Shown here in pieces: positions 12,214-23,955 of a DNA stretch of 64,000 nt. This stretch comes from Octopus bimaculoides (Eukaryota): contig NC_068988.1 of assembly GCF_001194135.2 (NCBI RefSeq), positions 11,165,180 through 11,229,179 on the forward strand, read 5' to 3'. Position numbers and translations under genes: made by a program. A model generated the notes under the pieces. The model was not told where the DNA came from, searched no databases, and saw only the letters and a program-made list of their open reading frames with translations. Positions within the stretch are counted from its first letter, which is position 1. Each line of letters starts with the position of its first letter.

Positions 12214-15200
12214 TCCGTTTAAATGGTTTTAGAAAGAAATAAAGAAGAATTGTGATGAGCTAGATCTGGAAATTATGGAGCATGTATCTATTACCCTGCC
12301 TCTGAATGGATCAAGAATAGTTTTAATGATTCTTGATGTCTGGGGTCGAGATTTTCCACTTTATTAAAAGTAGGTCGTTTTCTGTCCAAAGCCTTCTTTA
12401 AACAATCCAGTCACCGAAATTCGCCTTCAGAAATATTAGCTTCAATCGGTTCTAATATCTGCTATAAAGAAATGGGTCGAAAAGGTAAGAGACGGTTCCG
12501 ATCAGCAGTTGTTAAGAACGACCACTGAACAGATGCCGCTGTTCATTGCAGGAATCCAGACTCTAAAGGGGACTGGATCAAATAAAGCAGAGGAGTAGGG
12601 AGAGGAAAGGGATGGGAAAATTTGGGGAAAATAAAGAATATTAGGAAGAAGGAAGAGAATAATGTATAATAATTCATGAATGAACTTTAAAATAAAATGG
12701 TTAACCATTGTGACCACAAGAAGGGTAAATATCTACGTATACATCGACTCCCAGAGCAAATTTAACACACCAAGCAGAAAGAGATACTATCGCGTACTTT
12801 GTGACTATTCATAAAAATACTGTTTATAATCAACAATTAACAGCAAACATTCACAACAATCGTGTAAGAAGGGGTTACATAAAGTAAGTGAAACAAACGC
12901 ACATTAAAAAGAAAATATAAGTGAATGCTATAAAATACCTCATCCATAAAGAAAATTACAAACATCAATAAAGCGAAATATTTGCCTGCCAGATCAAGAA
13001 TTATGTGGAACTGCATGGTCTCCGTTTATTGGGGAAATGCTACGAAGCACACGTAACCTGAACTTTGTGCATGGTTTCCTCTCCAATTCTTGATTGCCAT
13101 TAAAATATCACGCTTGTAATGCATGGTTAGCAAAATGAAAACAAACAATAAAAGACTGATAATAAGTAAATAAACAAAAATATTAAAAGTGTGTCACGCA
13201 CATCTCGAAGTCCTACGCTTGCCCCTATCACAGAAACATGTAAATGCTGAAGAAGAAAAAGTGAAAACAAACAAGCAAAAATTAAATACTGCTATATTAG
13301 CGAATGTTAGCACATTTCATAATATCTCATGGGAAGGAGAAATAGACCAACTGATAGGAAGTATAATCACTATAAAGACAAAAAGTAACAAACACTTACC
13401 AAATAAAAAGAGATAAACTCCCAGAATGTAATGATTAGCGCACACAAAATCCACGAACCGTAACAACGCTAGAAATAACCCCCACAGAACTGACAATACA
13501 TGAAAAGGCCAAAACATCACAAAAGTAAATAGACAGTGAAAACAGAACAATAGCACAAAACGAGTATGTTTGACCATGCAGGCTCCCTAGATGTTGCAAA
13601 CATATAGTATCGACCGCACACATAACAATAAAGGGAATGCATTCACATATTATAATAGGAGAAGCCGAATAAACAACGAGAAAAAAATCTATCAGAAACA
13701 ATAAAGAAAAGAGAAGTGACCATAATAAAAACGAAATCAATAAAAAGAAATCAATGAAACTCCTCCCAAGCTACAAATATTTAAGCATTTTTTCCGGAAA
13801 TAATTGCCAATATGGCCGTAGCGTAATTTCCTCAGTGACCATGTCAGAAACGAGAGAACATGGTTTCAATTGTAATACTGTAAATCACTGTTTCTGCAAA
13901 TCCATCGATTGACCTTAGTTAAAATGAGAAAAGGTGTATCTTTAATGAACAATACAGTGTAAGCATCGTGTATCTGATAGTAATATTTTAGAAGAGAAAA
14001 TCTTGAAAGATAGATTATGAACGGAAGATTATAAATCATGGAAACGATTGAAGCAAACAACACATTCTGAATAATGCACTTTCAAATAACCAGTGTTTGG
14101 AGAATAAGTATTAGGTTTCCGAAACAAATATAACATTGTGCCATGGAATTCACGTACTATTGGAAAATGTAGAAAGAAATACCGAAATGGTATCATAGAC
14201 GGATTAATATTCAGGAAATGATTTAAGATGTGAAAGATTCGGAAGGAAAAGAAAAGCAAACTCAGGATCCATACTAACTAGGGCTGAACAAAAATAAAAA
14301 CTGCAAGTAGATTATGCATTCCTTGAATAAATTTAATCTCTAGCATACGCTCAGCACTTACGTTACCATATTTCAGTTGGAAAATGCTGGATTTGTTGCA
14401 ATTTACTGTGAAAATAACAAAGAATTTCAGGTATGTTTTCCATTAAAATACTGTTTGGAACACAAATTACCATTTAATATAACAATGCAATGTTTCAATT
14501 AGACTTTGTTACGTTTCCAAGTTTTCTAGTCTCTTAAGATAATACACGTGATATAATGACATCTTATGCGTTACTACTTTAAGTAGGTTTGTCAAATACT
14601 GTTCACGGCGTTGAACAGAAGGCGCGAATATCACTCATGTTTGTTACCGTTTCTATGTTATAAGCTTTAAAACAAAAGAAAAAAGAGTAATGAAAAGAAT
14701 CAACAAAAATATCTTTGCTTTGCATTTAGCTATATTTTCTTATTGCTTTTTGTTGTTTCACATTTGCGTTTATCGTTTCATTGCTTCTGCTGATGTATCA
14801 AATTGGTTTATTTAAAAAATCGAAGTGAGAATGTCATACGTAGTACAAACAAGCGAAGAAATCAAAATCATTAACGTAGAGTTAGAAAATTTGTAGTGCA
14901 AAATTTTACGTATATTTAATGATAGTTTTGAATATTTGCCATGAACTGCTCAATTGCAATAAATGAGGCGGATATCAGCATTTATTTGCACATTCGATTC
15001 ATTTATCCATCGCCTAAACCAAATAAATAAATATAAACACATTCTGTTTTCGTTCAGGAAATGAAAAATCAAACAGGATAACACTTTTGTTTGTGAATGC
15101 TTGCTTAAATGTGAATCAAGTATAAAATTTGTACTCACACGTTTGCAGAAAGTAAAAACTGAATGTCAAATGGTTTTCCTTAGGAAAATAATGAAAATGT

Positions 15201-16153
15201 TTACAGAAAACCGAAATTTGAAGAACTGAAGTTATTCAGTAAATATAGTAAAATGCGTATTAAAAATATGGTAGAATGTAGAAGAATGCAAAACAAGCAT
15301 TGAGTATGACGACAGCACGTTGAAATGAATTTGAGTTTTGCAATATGAAGGAACGTAGATGTTGCTTGTCATGATACGCAATTTCACACATTTGACACAA
15401 ATTTATGTAACAGCAGGCTTTTTCTGATGAGGAGCTGAAGAAGTATATTAAATCTGTTTATAAGTTATAACTTCTAAATTCTAAAGTATGATAAATTTGA
15501 ATGCAAGTGAAATAGAGTGATAATATTATTAAAATTTTTACTTGGGTATTAAACATTTTAGGAATATATTCGGTATTTCTAAATTCTTTGTTAAAAAAAT
15601 GATGATGAGAAAAATGTGTATTTTCGTCCTGGAAAGCAACGTTTCCTTTTTATCTTGGGAAACATTTTCCCTATAATTGCGAAAGTAGGTATTTTCATTT
15701 TCTTGTTTTTTTTTATTATTTCCAAGCGGAACGTTTTGATTTCAGTGTAATCATAACATAAGAACAGATATCCCGATAAACAGAATACTAAATTAGAGAT
15801 TACAACAAGTATAAACGTAAAGTGACGAAAGCTACTGCAAATATAACAAAGGAACAATTTGCGAAACATAGGAAACCTGATATTATTTACACCACACCTT
15901 TTTCAGGCTAAATATGGGTCGACGACTTTCAGCTAAAACCTCATCGCGATGCTATACCAAACATAAAACTATAAACCCTAGTGCATCAATGAAGACTTGA
16001 AGTGACCATAATCATTATATAATCATATCAACATCATATTAATTCGATTGAGTGGAAACACAAACAGCACATGTCAACAAAAATACCCTGCACTCAAACT
16101 TAACTTCCATCTTTGTCTGTGAAATACTTTCAGAAACATTTCCTCTGCAGTGT

Positions 16154-16202
16154 ATTAGCGAAATACCACTGAGTGCATTAGCGAAATACCACTGAGTGCA
16201 TT
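16154..16202. repeat. Exact 23-bp tandem duplication (ATTAGCGAAATACCACTGAGTGC x2)
   Basis: Directly visible. Confidence 0.95.
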
Positions 16203-16724
16203 CTACTGAAACAAATGAACATTGGCTATCAAACAATCTTGTAAATATGCAAGGCATTAAAATCTGCGACTGATTTGAATTTACCACCACAATCTCATCG
16301 ATGTCATTTACCCACAGTTTCACAAAATATTCACTCGCACTTTTATGACAGATATCCACACGGTCAGCTTACTAACTTTTATCTCATACCTTGTTCTCCA
16401 TATTCTGTAAGCATTCAATGTTTATAATAAACAGTAAGAAAAAAATCATTATCACTAGGTAAAATTTCATGGCTGTGCAAATAATCTCCTTCTAACGTGA
16501 TTTATATAAAATATGAACTACTAAGCTTAGTGTCCGTCTTTTTACGAGCTACAATTGATTACAACAAATAAAGCAAAATATAACTCTGAATTTCGTAAAC
16601 ATACATAAAATACAGAATAGAAATATAATGAAAATCACAAATAGAAAAGAAATTCGGATGCTACCGATAAGCGGCTTAGGTTTGAACAAGTACGGTTGTA
16701 TAGTTGAAATTACATACTGTGCAG

Positions 16725-16846
16725 ACTAATGTTCTCGGATTCAGTCCCGCAGCGCGCGCTACTCTAGGTAAGTCACGCCTACAGTAGCTCCACTTCGGCC
16801 AAGCCTTGGGAGTGAATTTGATAAACTAAAACTGCGTGGACGCCAG
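16725..16846 (+). mobile_element. Decayed 5' half of SINE family A
   Basis: GATTCAGTCCC...CCAAGCCTTGGGAGTGAATTTG...AAACTG, ending in (TA)n as in the 44228 copy. Confidence 0.55.
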
Positions 16847-16887
16847 TTATATATATATATATATATATATTTCTCTATATATATAGC

Positions 16888-17054
16888 GAAGTATATTTAC
16901 CACTTAAATGTGGCTAACCCATAAGGGTGGATGCTACTGTAGCTTGTAGACCCAGGAAGACACCTCCTCCAGCTGGCTATTGACACACTTTCTGTACCCT
17001 ATCAGTAGCATCCACTCTTAAGGCTTAGACACATTTAAGTGGCAAATATACTAC
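16888..17054. mobile_element. MITE with 49-bp terminal inverted repeats
   Basis: 16891-16939 versus the reverse complement of 17003-17051: 44/49 identical; no coding capacity. Confidence 0.85.
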
Positions 17055-17102
17055 TGTTTATACCTCGCTCAGAGATTTATTATTGCTAATATAAAAAAAT
17101 AT

Positions 17103-17272
17103 ATATTAATAGTTATCGCCAAGCCAACATGGCAGTCCCCAAAATAGGACGAATGCTGCCGTTGATTAGCTCCAAGAGGCCATCGCCTCTAGCTATCTAT
17201 GTGACATACGAACTTGTGTCCATTATAACCTTTTGGGGAATGCCATGTTCTCTTGGCGATAACTATTAATAT
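17103..17272. mobile_element. Second MITE with 42-bp terminal inverted repeats
   Basis: ATATTAATAGTTATCGCCAAGCCAACATGGCAGTCCCCAAAA (17103-17144) versus the reverse complement of 17231-17272: 39/42 identical. Confidence 0.85.
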
Positions 17273-18100
17273 CCAGTACCGCTGCCGTAGTCTGCTTTAG
17301 AGAGAGACTTAGAAATATTAATATATATATATATACACACACATACACACGCATATACATACATACACACACACACACATATACATACACGCATTTGTCG
17401 TTGCTTTATTTTCGTCGCCCTAACGTAGCGGTTCTGCAAAAGAAACTAATAAAATAAGTATTGGGGTTTCTTTGCTCTACTAAACAATTCAAAGCAGTGC
17501 TCCAACATAGCTGCAGGTCGTTGGCTGATACAAATAAAAAACAAAAACAACAATAATTTATATTCTTGACGGAGAGGACTGAAGCAAACTGAAGCAGAGC
17601 AAGTACCATGGAAATAAGTACAGAAATGACACAACGAAGATATATTTCGGTGATCAAGCAAAGACTCCAATCCAGTAGAAGCAACAGAACCGACCATATT
17701 TTGATTAGAACTTACTGAACATTATACAAAAGCGTTAAGAAGGTTAGCCAAAACACGTTGATAACCATTTTTACACAGGAATTGTTTAACTAAATAAGTC
17801 AACCCACGCATCCTATTTTAAACAATGTCTTTCCTTTAGTATGAAACCTTCCAACACAAATAAGATCAACGCAAAATAAAACACAATAAAATTCGAAACA
17901 AACATTACAACAAAAGATGTTAGATGTTACTCACCCTCCATTTTATACTCTAAAGAAGACAACGTAAATAATTCAAGCACTGATATAACTTAAGGGGTGC
18001 ACCTGTTGGTTCAGTGAAAGACACACAGAAATCTTTTGAAATTCTATAATACTTAAAAGGAAAAGAATTCTATTTAGCGTTGATGTTATTGTTGCAAGTG

Positions 18101-18117
18101 TAATAATAATAATAATA

Positions 18118-18191
<74 letters not shown>

Positions 18192-18215
18192 ATGATACGG
18201 ATAATATAACTAATG

Positions 18216-18258
<43 letters not shown>

Positions 18259-18418
18259 TAAGGATAATATAACTAATGATGATAATAATAATGATAAGGA
18301 TAATATAACTAATGATTATAATAATAATTATTATTAATACCATGATTATTATTATCATCATTACTATCATTAATATCATTATAATCATTATTGTTGTAAT
18401 TATTATTATTTGTATTTA

Positions 18419-18457
<39 letters not shown>
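18101..18457. repeat. Compound (TAA)n/(TTA)n/(GTA)n microsatellite field
   Basis: Directly visible; includes a perfect (TAA)11(TTA)11 palindrome at 18121-18186. Confidence 0.95.
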
Positions 18458-18464
18458 CACAATT

Positions 18465-18688
18465 AAGGCTGCAGGCTGGCAGGTACGTTAGCACGTCGGG
18501 CGAAATGCTTAGCATTATTTCGTCTGCCGTCACGTTCTGAGTTCAAATTCCGCCGAGGTCGACTTTGCCTTTCATCCTTTCGGGGTGGATAAATTATGTA
18601 TCAGTTATGCACTGGGGTAGATGTAATCGACTTAATCCCTTTGTCTGTCCTCTATGTTTAGTCCCTTGTGGCCAATAAAGAAATAAGA
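18465..18688 (+). mobile_element. tRNA-derived SINE family B, near full length
   Basis: A-box-like TGGCAGG, B-box GTTCAAATTCC, central GCCTTTCATCCTTTCGGGG..GATAAA domain and CTTGTGG.CAATAAAGAAATAAG tail; more than 8 related copies in the window. Confidence 0.9.
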
Positions 18689-18872
18689 ATCGTTAGCACG
18701 CCGGACTTAATCCGTTCGTCTGTTCTTGTTTGTTCCCTCTATGTTTAGCCCCTTGTGGGCAATAACGAAATAGGTATATTGTCCGTCTTCGTATTTTGAG
18801 TTCAATTTCCGTCGAAATCGACTTTCTTCTTTTATCCTTTGAAAGTAAATAAGATAAGTACCAGTTGAACTC
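18686..18872 (+). mobile_element. Older SINE-B copy interrupted by a 73-bp SINE-B tail (18704-18776)
   Basis: Head GAATCGTTAGCACGCCGG is joined to a tail segment, then a diverged body resumes (TTGAGTTCAATTTCCG...TAAGTACCAGTT). Confidence 0.7.
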
Positions 18873-19023
18873 TGTCATTGACTATGCTCCGCACTCAAAA
18901 CTTGCAAGTTTTATCATTATTAAATAGTTATAAACATCTGCAGATTTTAGAATCCAGGGGTGCACATTTTGGCGCAGAATATATGATTATTATTATTATT
19001 ATTGCTATTATTGTTATTATTAT

Positions 19024-19088
<65 letters not shown>

Positions 19089-19324
19089 TGGCGCTGAGCT
19101 GGCAGAACCTTTAGCACGCCGGGCGAAATGCTTAGCGGTATTTCGTCTGCCGTTACGTTCTGAGTTCAAATTCCGCCGAGGTCGACTTTACCTTTCATCC
19201 TTTCGGGGTCGATAAATTAAGTACCAGTTACGCACTGGGGTCGATGTAATCGACTTAATCCGTTCGTCTGTTCTTGTTTGTTCCCTCTATGTTTAGCCCC
19301 TTGTGGGCAATAACGAAATAGGTA
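19089..19324 (+). mobile_element. tRNA-derived SINE family B, full length, least diverged copy
   Basis: A-box-like TGGCAGAACCT at 19100-19110, B-box GTTCAAATTCC at 19164-19174, central domain and tail intact; preceded by (TAC)n. Confidence 0.92.
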
Positions 19325-19439
19325 ACTCGTCGGCCGTTACGTCTTTGACGTAGTTAAGTCCAGCTATTTTCGGGCTGTATATTACTTCATCACGAACGGA
19401 GTACTTACGGGGATCCCGTCGCCGACACGTACATATTAT

Positions 19440-19700
19440 TCTCTTCTCGTCTAAGCACTAAGTTAATGTATTCATTCTTTTTCTGCTGTTGTTTATTAAG
19501 TACTGTCTGAGAGGGACTATATTACATTCTAGAGCTGTCTCTCCACCTCATTTGTCTCCTCCTAAGTAGAGCCTGTCGATTTCTATAAAGATTTTTCAGT
19601 TGATGTTAGTTTCTAGAGGGTTTCTAAGCCTATAGTGTGAGTTTCTCCCACTGAACAGTCGAGTATATTATCTTGTTGCCAGAAGAGACATTCGACTGTT
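19440..19700 (-). mobile_element. Small decayed R4/Dong-type RT-thumb remnant
   Basis: Minus strand IDRLYLGGDK*GGE...PLRQYLIN resembles the .DRLYL.R..GGRGL...L..YL motif. Confidence 0.35.
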
Positions 19701-22550
19701 ATATTTTTCTAGGCATAATATTCTCAATCACTCTATCTTTATTCACGGCACCTTCGTATGTTATGTTTTCATCAATACATAAGCATTGGCGAGACGTTGG
19801 GACGATTGTTGAACGAGTTTTGTGTCTGCGGACTGCTTTTGCACGTTCAAAAACTATTAACATTTCTTGTGGTCAAATTTTATTTCCATGACAGCTGAAA
19901 ATGTTTATACGTGTGCATGTGTGTTTGTGATTATTGTGCTTGTGTTTGTTTGGTGCTCTAACTGTAGGCACGCAAACATACACACCAACACACTCATACA
20001 TACATACATACATACATACAGACATACATACAGCACATTTTATTTCGAGAGATACTGAAAACAAAAGAAAAGGGGAGAACATTTCATTCGTTATGTCCAC
20101 AGACACTCAGACAAATGCTTTTTGGAATTTCTTCCGACAATTAACGTACTTAATGTATAGAATTCAAATGTTATCGAGGTAATTTAACATTACAACCTGC
20201 AGAAATTAAAACCATGAAATACCAATTAATTACTGAGACTAGTTTAATTGATTTCATTCCTGTGTTATCATGGAACAGGTGTTCTTGGCAGAGTAGAGAA
20301 CAATCACCTATTGTATCAACAGCGGCCGATATAATGTACCAGCTGGAGCACTCTGTGGTCACATTATTAATCATCAAAATTATGTGTCTCTTAATAAGTT
20401 TGCGATATACGTTGTAACTATTTAAATTCTGAGTTTAATGCTCATCGAGATCAAATTTCTCCATCGTCTTCACGCGATTTTACATGGAATAGTACTGTCA
20501 GTTGTCCAAAAGCTACAAAACATTTGAATGAGTGTCTAGAAATTGCACCTCTTTTAAACATTTATAGATCGCAGGAACCGACCTATGATAGACTGAGGTG
20601 CTGTAGATCACGCAGCAGGAAATACAATATAAAATAGAATAAATTTCGGCAAGCGCTAAAGCGCAAATAATCGCAATCATACACACGTATGCACACACAG
20701 ACGCGCACCTTATTCAAGAAGTACGCAGTCGCTCTCACTAAAAAATTTACTGCATTGGGAGGGATAACGTAAAGCAAAAGTGAGATAGATAAGCAGATCG
20801 ATATTGCGATAGAGAGAGAGAGAAAGAAAGAGAGTGGGCGATTGGTCTCTATGATTTTCATGTAAATAAAGAGATTTTTCTTTCCACTTCAAAACAAAAT
20901 GATAGGATACTTTCGCGTGGAATCATAAATTTCGCAGATAAATATTCTAGGAGTCATGCTGTAAGGATATATTTTAACGAAGGCAAAGAAAAAGATAGTG
21001 CCTGTGTCTGAGAAATTTGTGTTTATGCATATAGTGTTATCGCCATTTTGTATTGAATGTTGGTATATGATGCTGTTGTACTGTGTGCGTTGGTATGTGA
21101 CAAGAATAAAAGCTATTTCGTCTTAAATTACACACACGTTTGTGCATAATCTTTCACTTTTTCATCTGGAAGTAGGTAGATTGGAGGATCAAGCAATGTT
21201 TATGAGGTCTTAACGAAGAGATCATGCAGCAAAGGAAAGTAACATATGCTTCGTTAGTTTGATATTATATGTTTTTCCTTTTCTTTATCCCACATATCAG
21301 TCCTGATTGAGTAGAACATTCAAATGTTTATAGTCTTGACCGCCCTCTCCTTTTAAGAAAAACTAGCATTGAATTATACATGTCCATCTATTAAATAAGA
21401 CAGTACTATACTATCTCGAAGGAGATTTAGACCTTCTTCCTTACTAGTCGAATCCGCGCTCAGACGTTTCTCCTCTTCAATTCTACTGATGTCATCGATG
21501 TGTTAGCTTAAACCCAGCTCACTCCTAATCTTACAGTTCTATGAAAATATATTTCTGGCATGCTCATCAAGCTTTCTTCCGTCTTTTCTTTTACCGCTAC
21601 CAAAGGCTGTATAATCCAATAAGATATACCTCTACCTAAGACAACCAAAGTTTCTGCTACGAGGAATTTCTAGCCGTTAATTCTAGCAGGTCGAACTAGC
21701 ATAGTCGTTAGAATGTGTGTGCATTTGCGCGCGCGCGCGTGTGTATATACAAGATAGTTGCATAGACTGAATGATTTTGTGTGACGAATCTATCTTCGAC
21801 AATATAGAGGAGACATTTTTTAGAAGACGATGTAAATTTCTCATAAATAACCTCGGAGAAAATACAAGCAATTTACATTTATTTATTCATAATAGCTGCT
21901 TATAACATTTACAAAGCTCATGGCAGGAATATATATATATATATTTGCGTTGACGTTCACAGAAGAGAATATATATGTTAAAACATTTGAAACCCGCGAT
22001 ACATGATTGTAAAGAAATACAATTTTAGAGACCGCAGGAGTATCGAAGTATATGTACGAAGCTGGCTAATGTATGTTGATACAAAATATCTTGTATTCAA
22101 GTTTGTATGTGTGTATATGCGCTGTATACTATTTGTGCCTTTGCTTGTGTAGATGAGTGTGTATATTTGTACGTCTATGTGAGTTATATAACCAGAAGCA
22201 TCGATCTTCTGGTGAATTTATAAGCATATTTATGGAAGCACTTTTGTAACTTTAATATTATAACTTCATACAACTCGGCTATTTAAATATATAGCGATAC
22301 TTGCAGATACATACATTTGAAATTACATGTGATAAGATCAAGCACAACCTGGAATTATGTTTTCAATTATTACTTTAGAACATGTCGTTGGGAAGATTTT
22401 TGGGGCGTAACGTCACAATTAGAATAGTCAATGATTCTCTATCCTGAAAAAACTGGGAGCGTTTATTATTATTTAATGTGATTTTGAACTGCTAGGTTCA
22501 TAGCTATCTCACATTTGGTATCAGTCGTTCTGGCGACATCTATTTTACGA

Positions 22551-22584
22551 CGTTGATTGGACGTTGACGTTTCTGACGTCAGAA
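22551..22584. promoter_or_regulatory. Inverted CCAAT box, CRE half-site and full CRE inside a 14-bp palindrome
   Basis: ATTGG at 22556-22560, TGACG at 22565, TTCTGACGTCAGAA at 22571-22584; function not shown. Confidence 0.3.
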
Positions 22585-22639
22585 GTCTTAATGTTTCTCC
22601 CATTTCCCCCCACGTCTCCCTGTCTCCCTTTCTTTCTCT

Positions 22640-23033
22640 NNNNNNNNNNNNNNNNNNNNNNNNNNNNNNNNNNNNNNNNNNNNNNNNNNNNNNNNNNNNN
22701 NNNNNNNNNNNNNNNNNNNNNNNNNNNNNNNNNNNNNNNNNNNNNNNNNNNNNNNNNNNNNNNNNNNNNNNNNNNNNNNNNNNNNNNNNNNNNNNNNNNN
22801 NNNNNNNNNNNNNNNNNNNNNNNNNNNNNNNNNNNNNNNNNNNNNNNNNNNNNNNNNNNNNNNNNNNNNNNNNNNNNNNNNNNNNNNNNNNNNNNNNNNN
22901 NNNNNNNNNNNNNNNNNNNNNNNNNNNNNNNNNNNNNNNNNNNNNNNNNNNNNNNNNNNNNNNNNNNNNNNNNNNNNNNNNNNNNNNNNNNNNNNNNNNN
23001 NNNNNNNNNNNNNNNNNNNNNNNNNNNNNNNNN
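22640..23033. other. Assembly gap (394 N)
   Basis: Run of N. Confidence 1.
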
Positions 23034-23247
23034 CTCACTGCTTATGTGTTAGCATATTTCACAGGTGTTTATGACGAGTTTCTGTCAATCAGGTTCAATC
23101 ATTTCAATCACAAACTCTCTCTCTTTTTCTCTCTCGTTTTTTTCTTTTTTTTTTGTTTTCGCTACTTATCTTACACTTTCAATCTGTTCAAGCTTTTGCA
23201 TGCGCAGGCGTGAGTGTACTCAAGTGGGCAGTGTGTGTGTGTGTGTT

Positions 23248-23308
<61 letters not shown>

Positions 23309-23395
23309 ATACGTATGTGTGCGTATGTGTGTGGCCTGAGTGAAACAGTGGTGTAAAACGATAAAATAGTTGTTATTTAATATTATAGTTTGCTT

Positions 23396-23578
23396 GAGGC
23401 TAGCAGAATTGTTAGCAGGCCAGGTGAAATGCTTTTCTGTGTTAAAATTCCGCTGAGATCAATTTTACCTTTCATCCTTTCAGGGTTGATGAATTAAGAA
23501 CTATTTGCGTACTGGGGTCGATCAAATCGACTGGCCCCCTCCCCTAAAATTTCGGTCCTTGTTCCAGAGTAGAGAAGA
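23396..23578 (+). mobile_element. SINE family B, diverged, internal deletion
   Basis: GCTAGCAGAATTGTTAGCA...TTACCTTTCATCCTTTCAGGGTTGAT...ACTGGGGTCGATCAAATCGACT. Confidence 0.85.
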
Positions 23579-23589
23579 ATATATTTTGT

Positions 23590-23795
23590 TTTCAAATTCT
23601 GGCACTTGGACAGCAATTTTGGAGGCGGTGGTAAGTCGATTACACCGACCTCAAAATTTCACTGGTACCTGTTTTATCGACTCCGAAAGAAAGTCGACTT
23701 CGGCGACATTTGAACTTAGAACGCGCAAAGACGGCCGAAATGCCTCTAAACAATTTGCCCGACGTACTAACTGTTCTGCTAGTTCGCTACCTGCC
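23590..23795 (-). mobile_element. SINE family B, diverged, inverted relative to 23396-23578
   Basis: Reverse-complement match to head, B-box and central domain. Confidence 0.85.
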
Positions 23796-23807
23796 AGATA
23801 TTCAATA

Positions 23808-23955
23808 TTTTCGTTTGAAATTTTGACAGGAGGCAAGCAATTTCGGGAGCGATGGGAAAAATTCGATTATATAGAATCGAGTGCTCAACGGGTGATTTTT
23901 TTTATCGACCCTGAAGGCATAAAAGGTAAAGTCGACCTCGGTAGAATTTGAACTC
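23808..23955 (-). mobile_element. 5'-truncated SINE family B flanked by a 20-bp direct repeat (probable target-site duplication)
   Basis: TACCT[G/T]CCAGATATTCAATA at 23788-23807 and 23956-23975. Confidence 0.8.

Noticed and set aside
12330-12490. AAG|GTAAGA donor on plus and LKKALDR on minus
   Set aside because: Conflicting weak signals (short exon versus RT remnant); insufficient evidence
12700-13750. A-rich plus-strand stretch suggesting a LINE endonuclease
   Set aside because: No motif could be aligned convincingly
19089-19180. tRNA-like A/B boxes as a tRNA gene
   Set aside because: Box spacing and the attached repeated body show a SINE head; no cloverleaf with an acceptor stem
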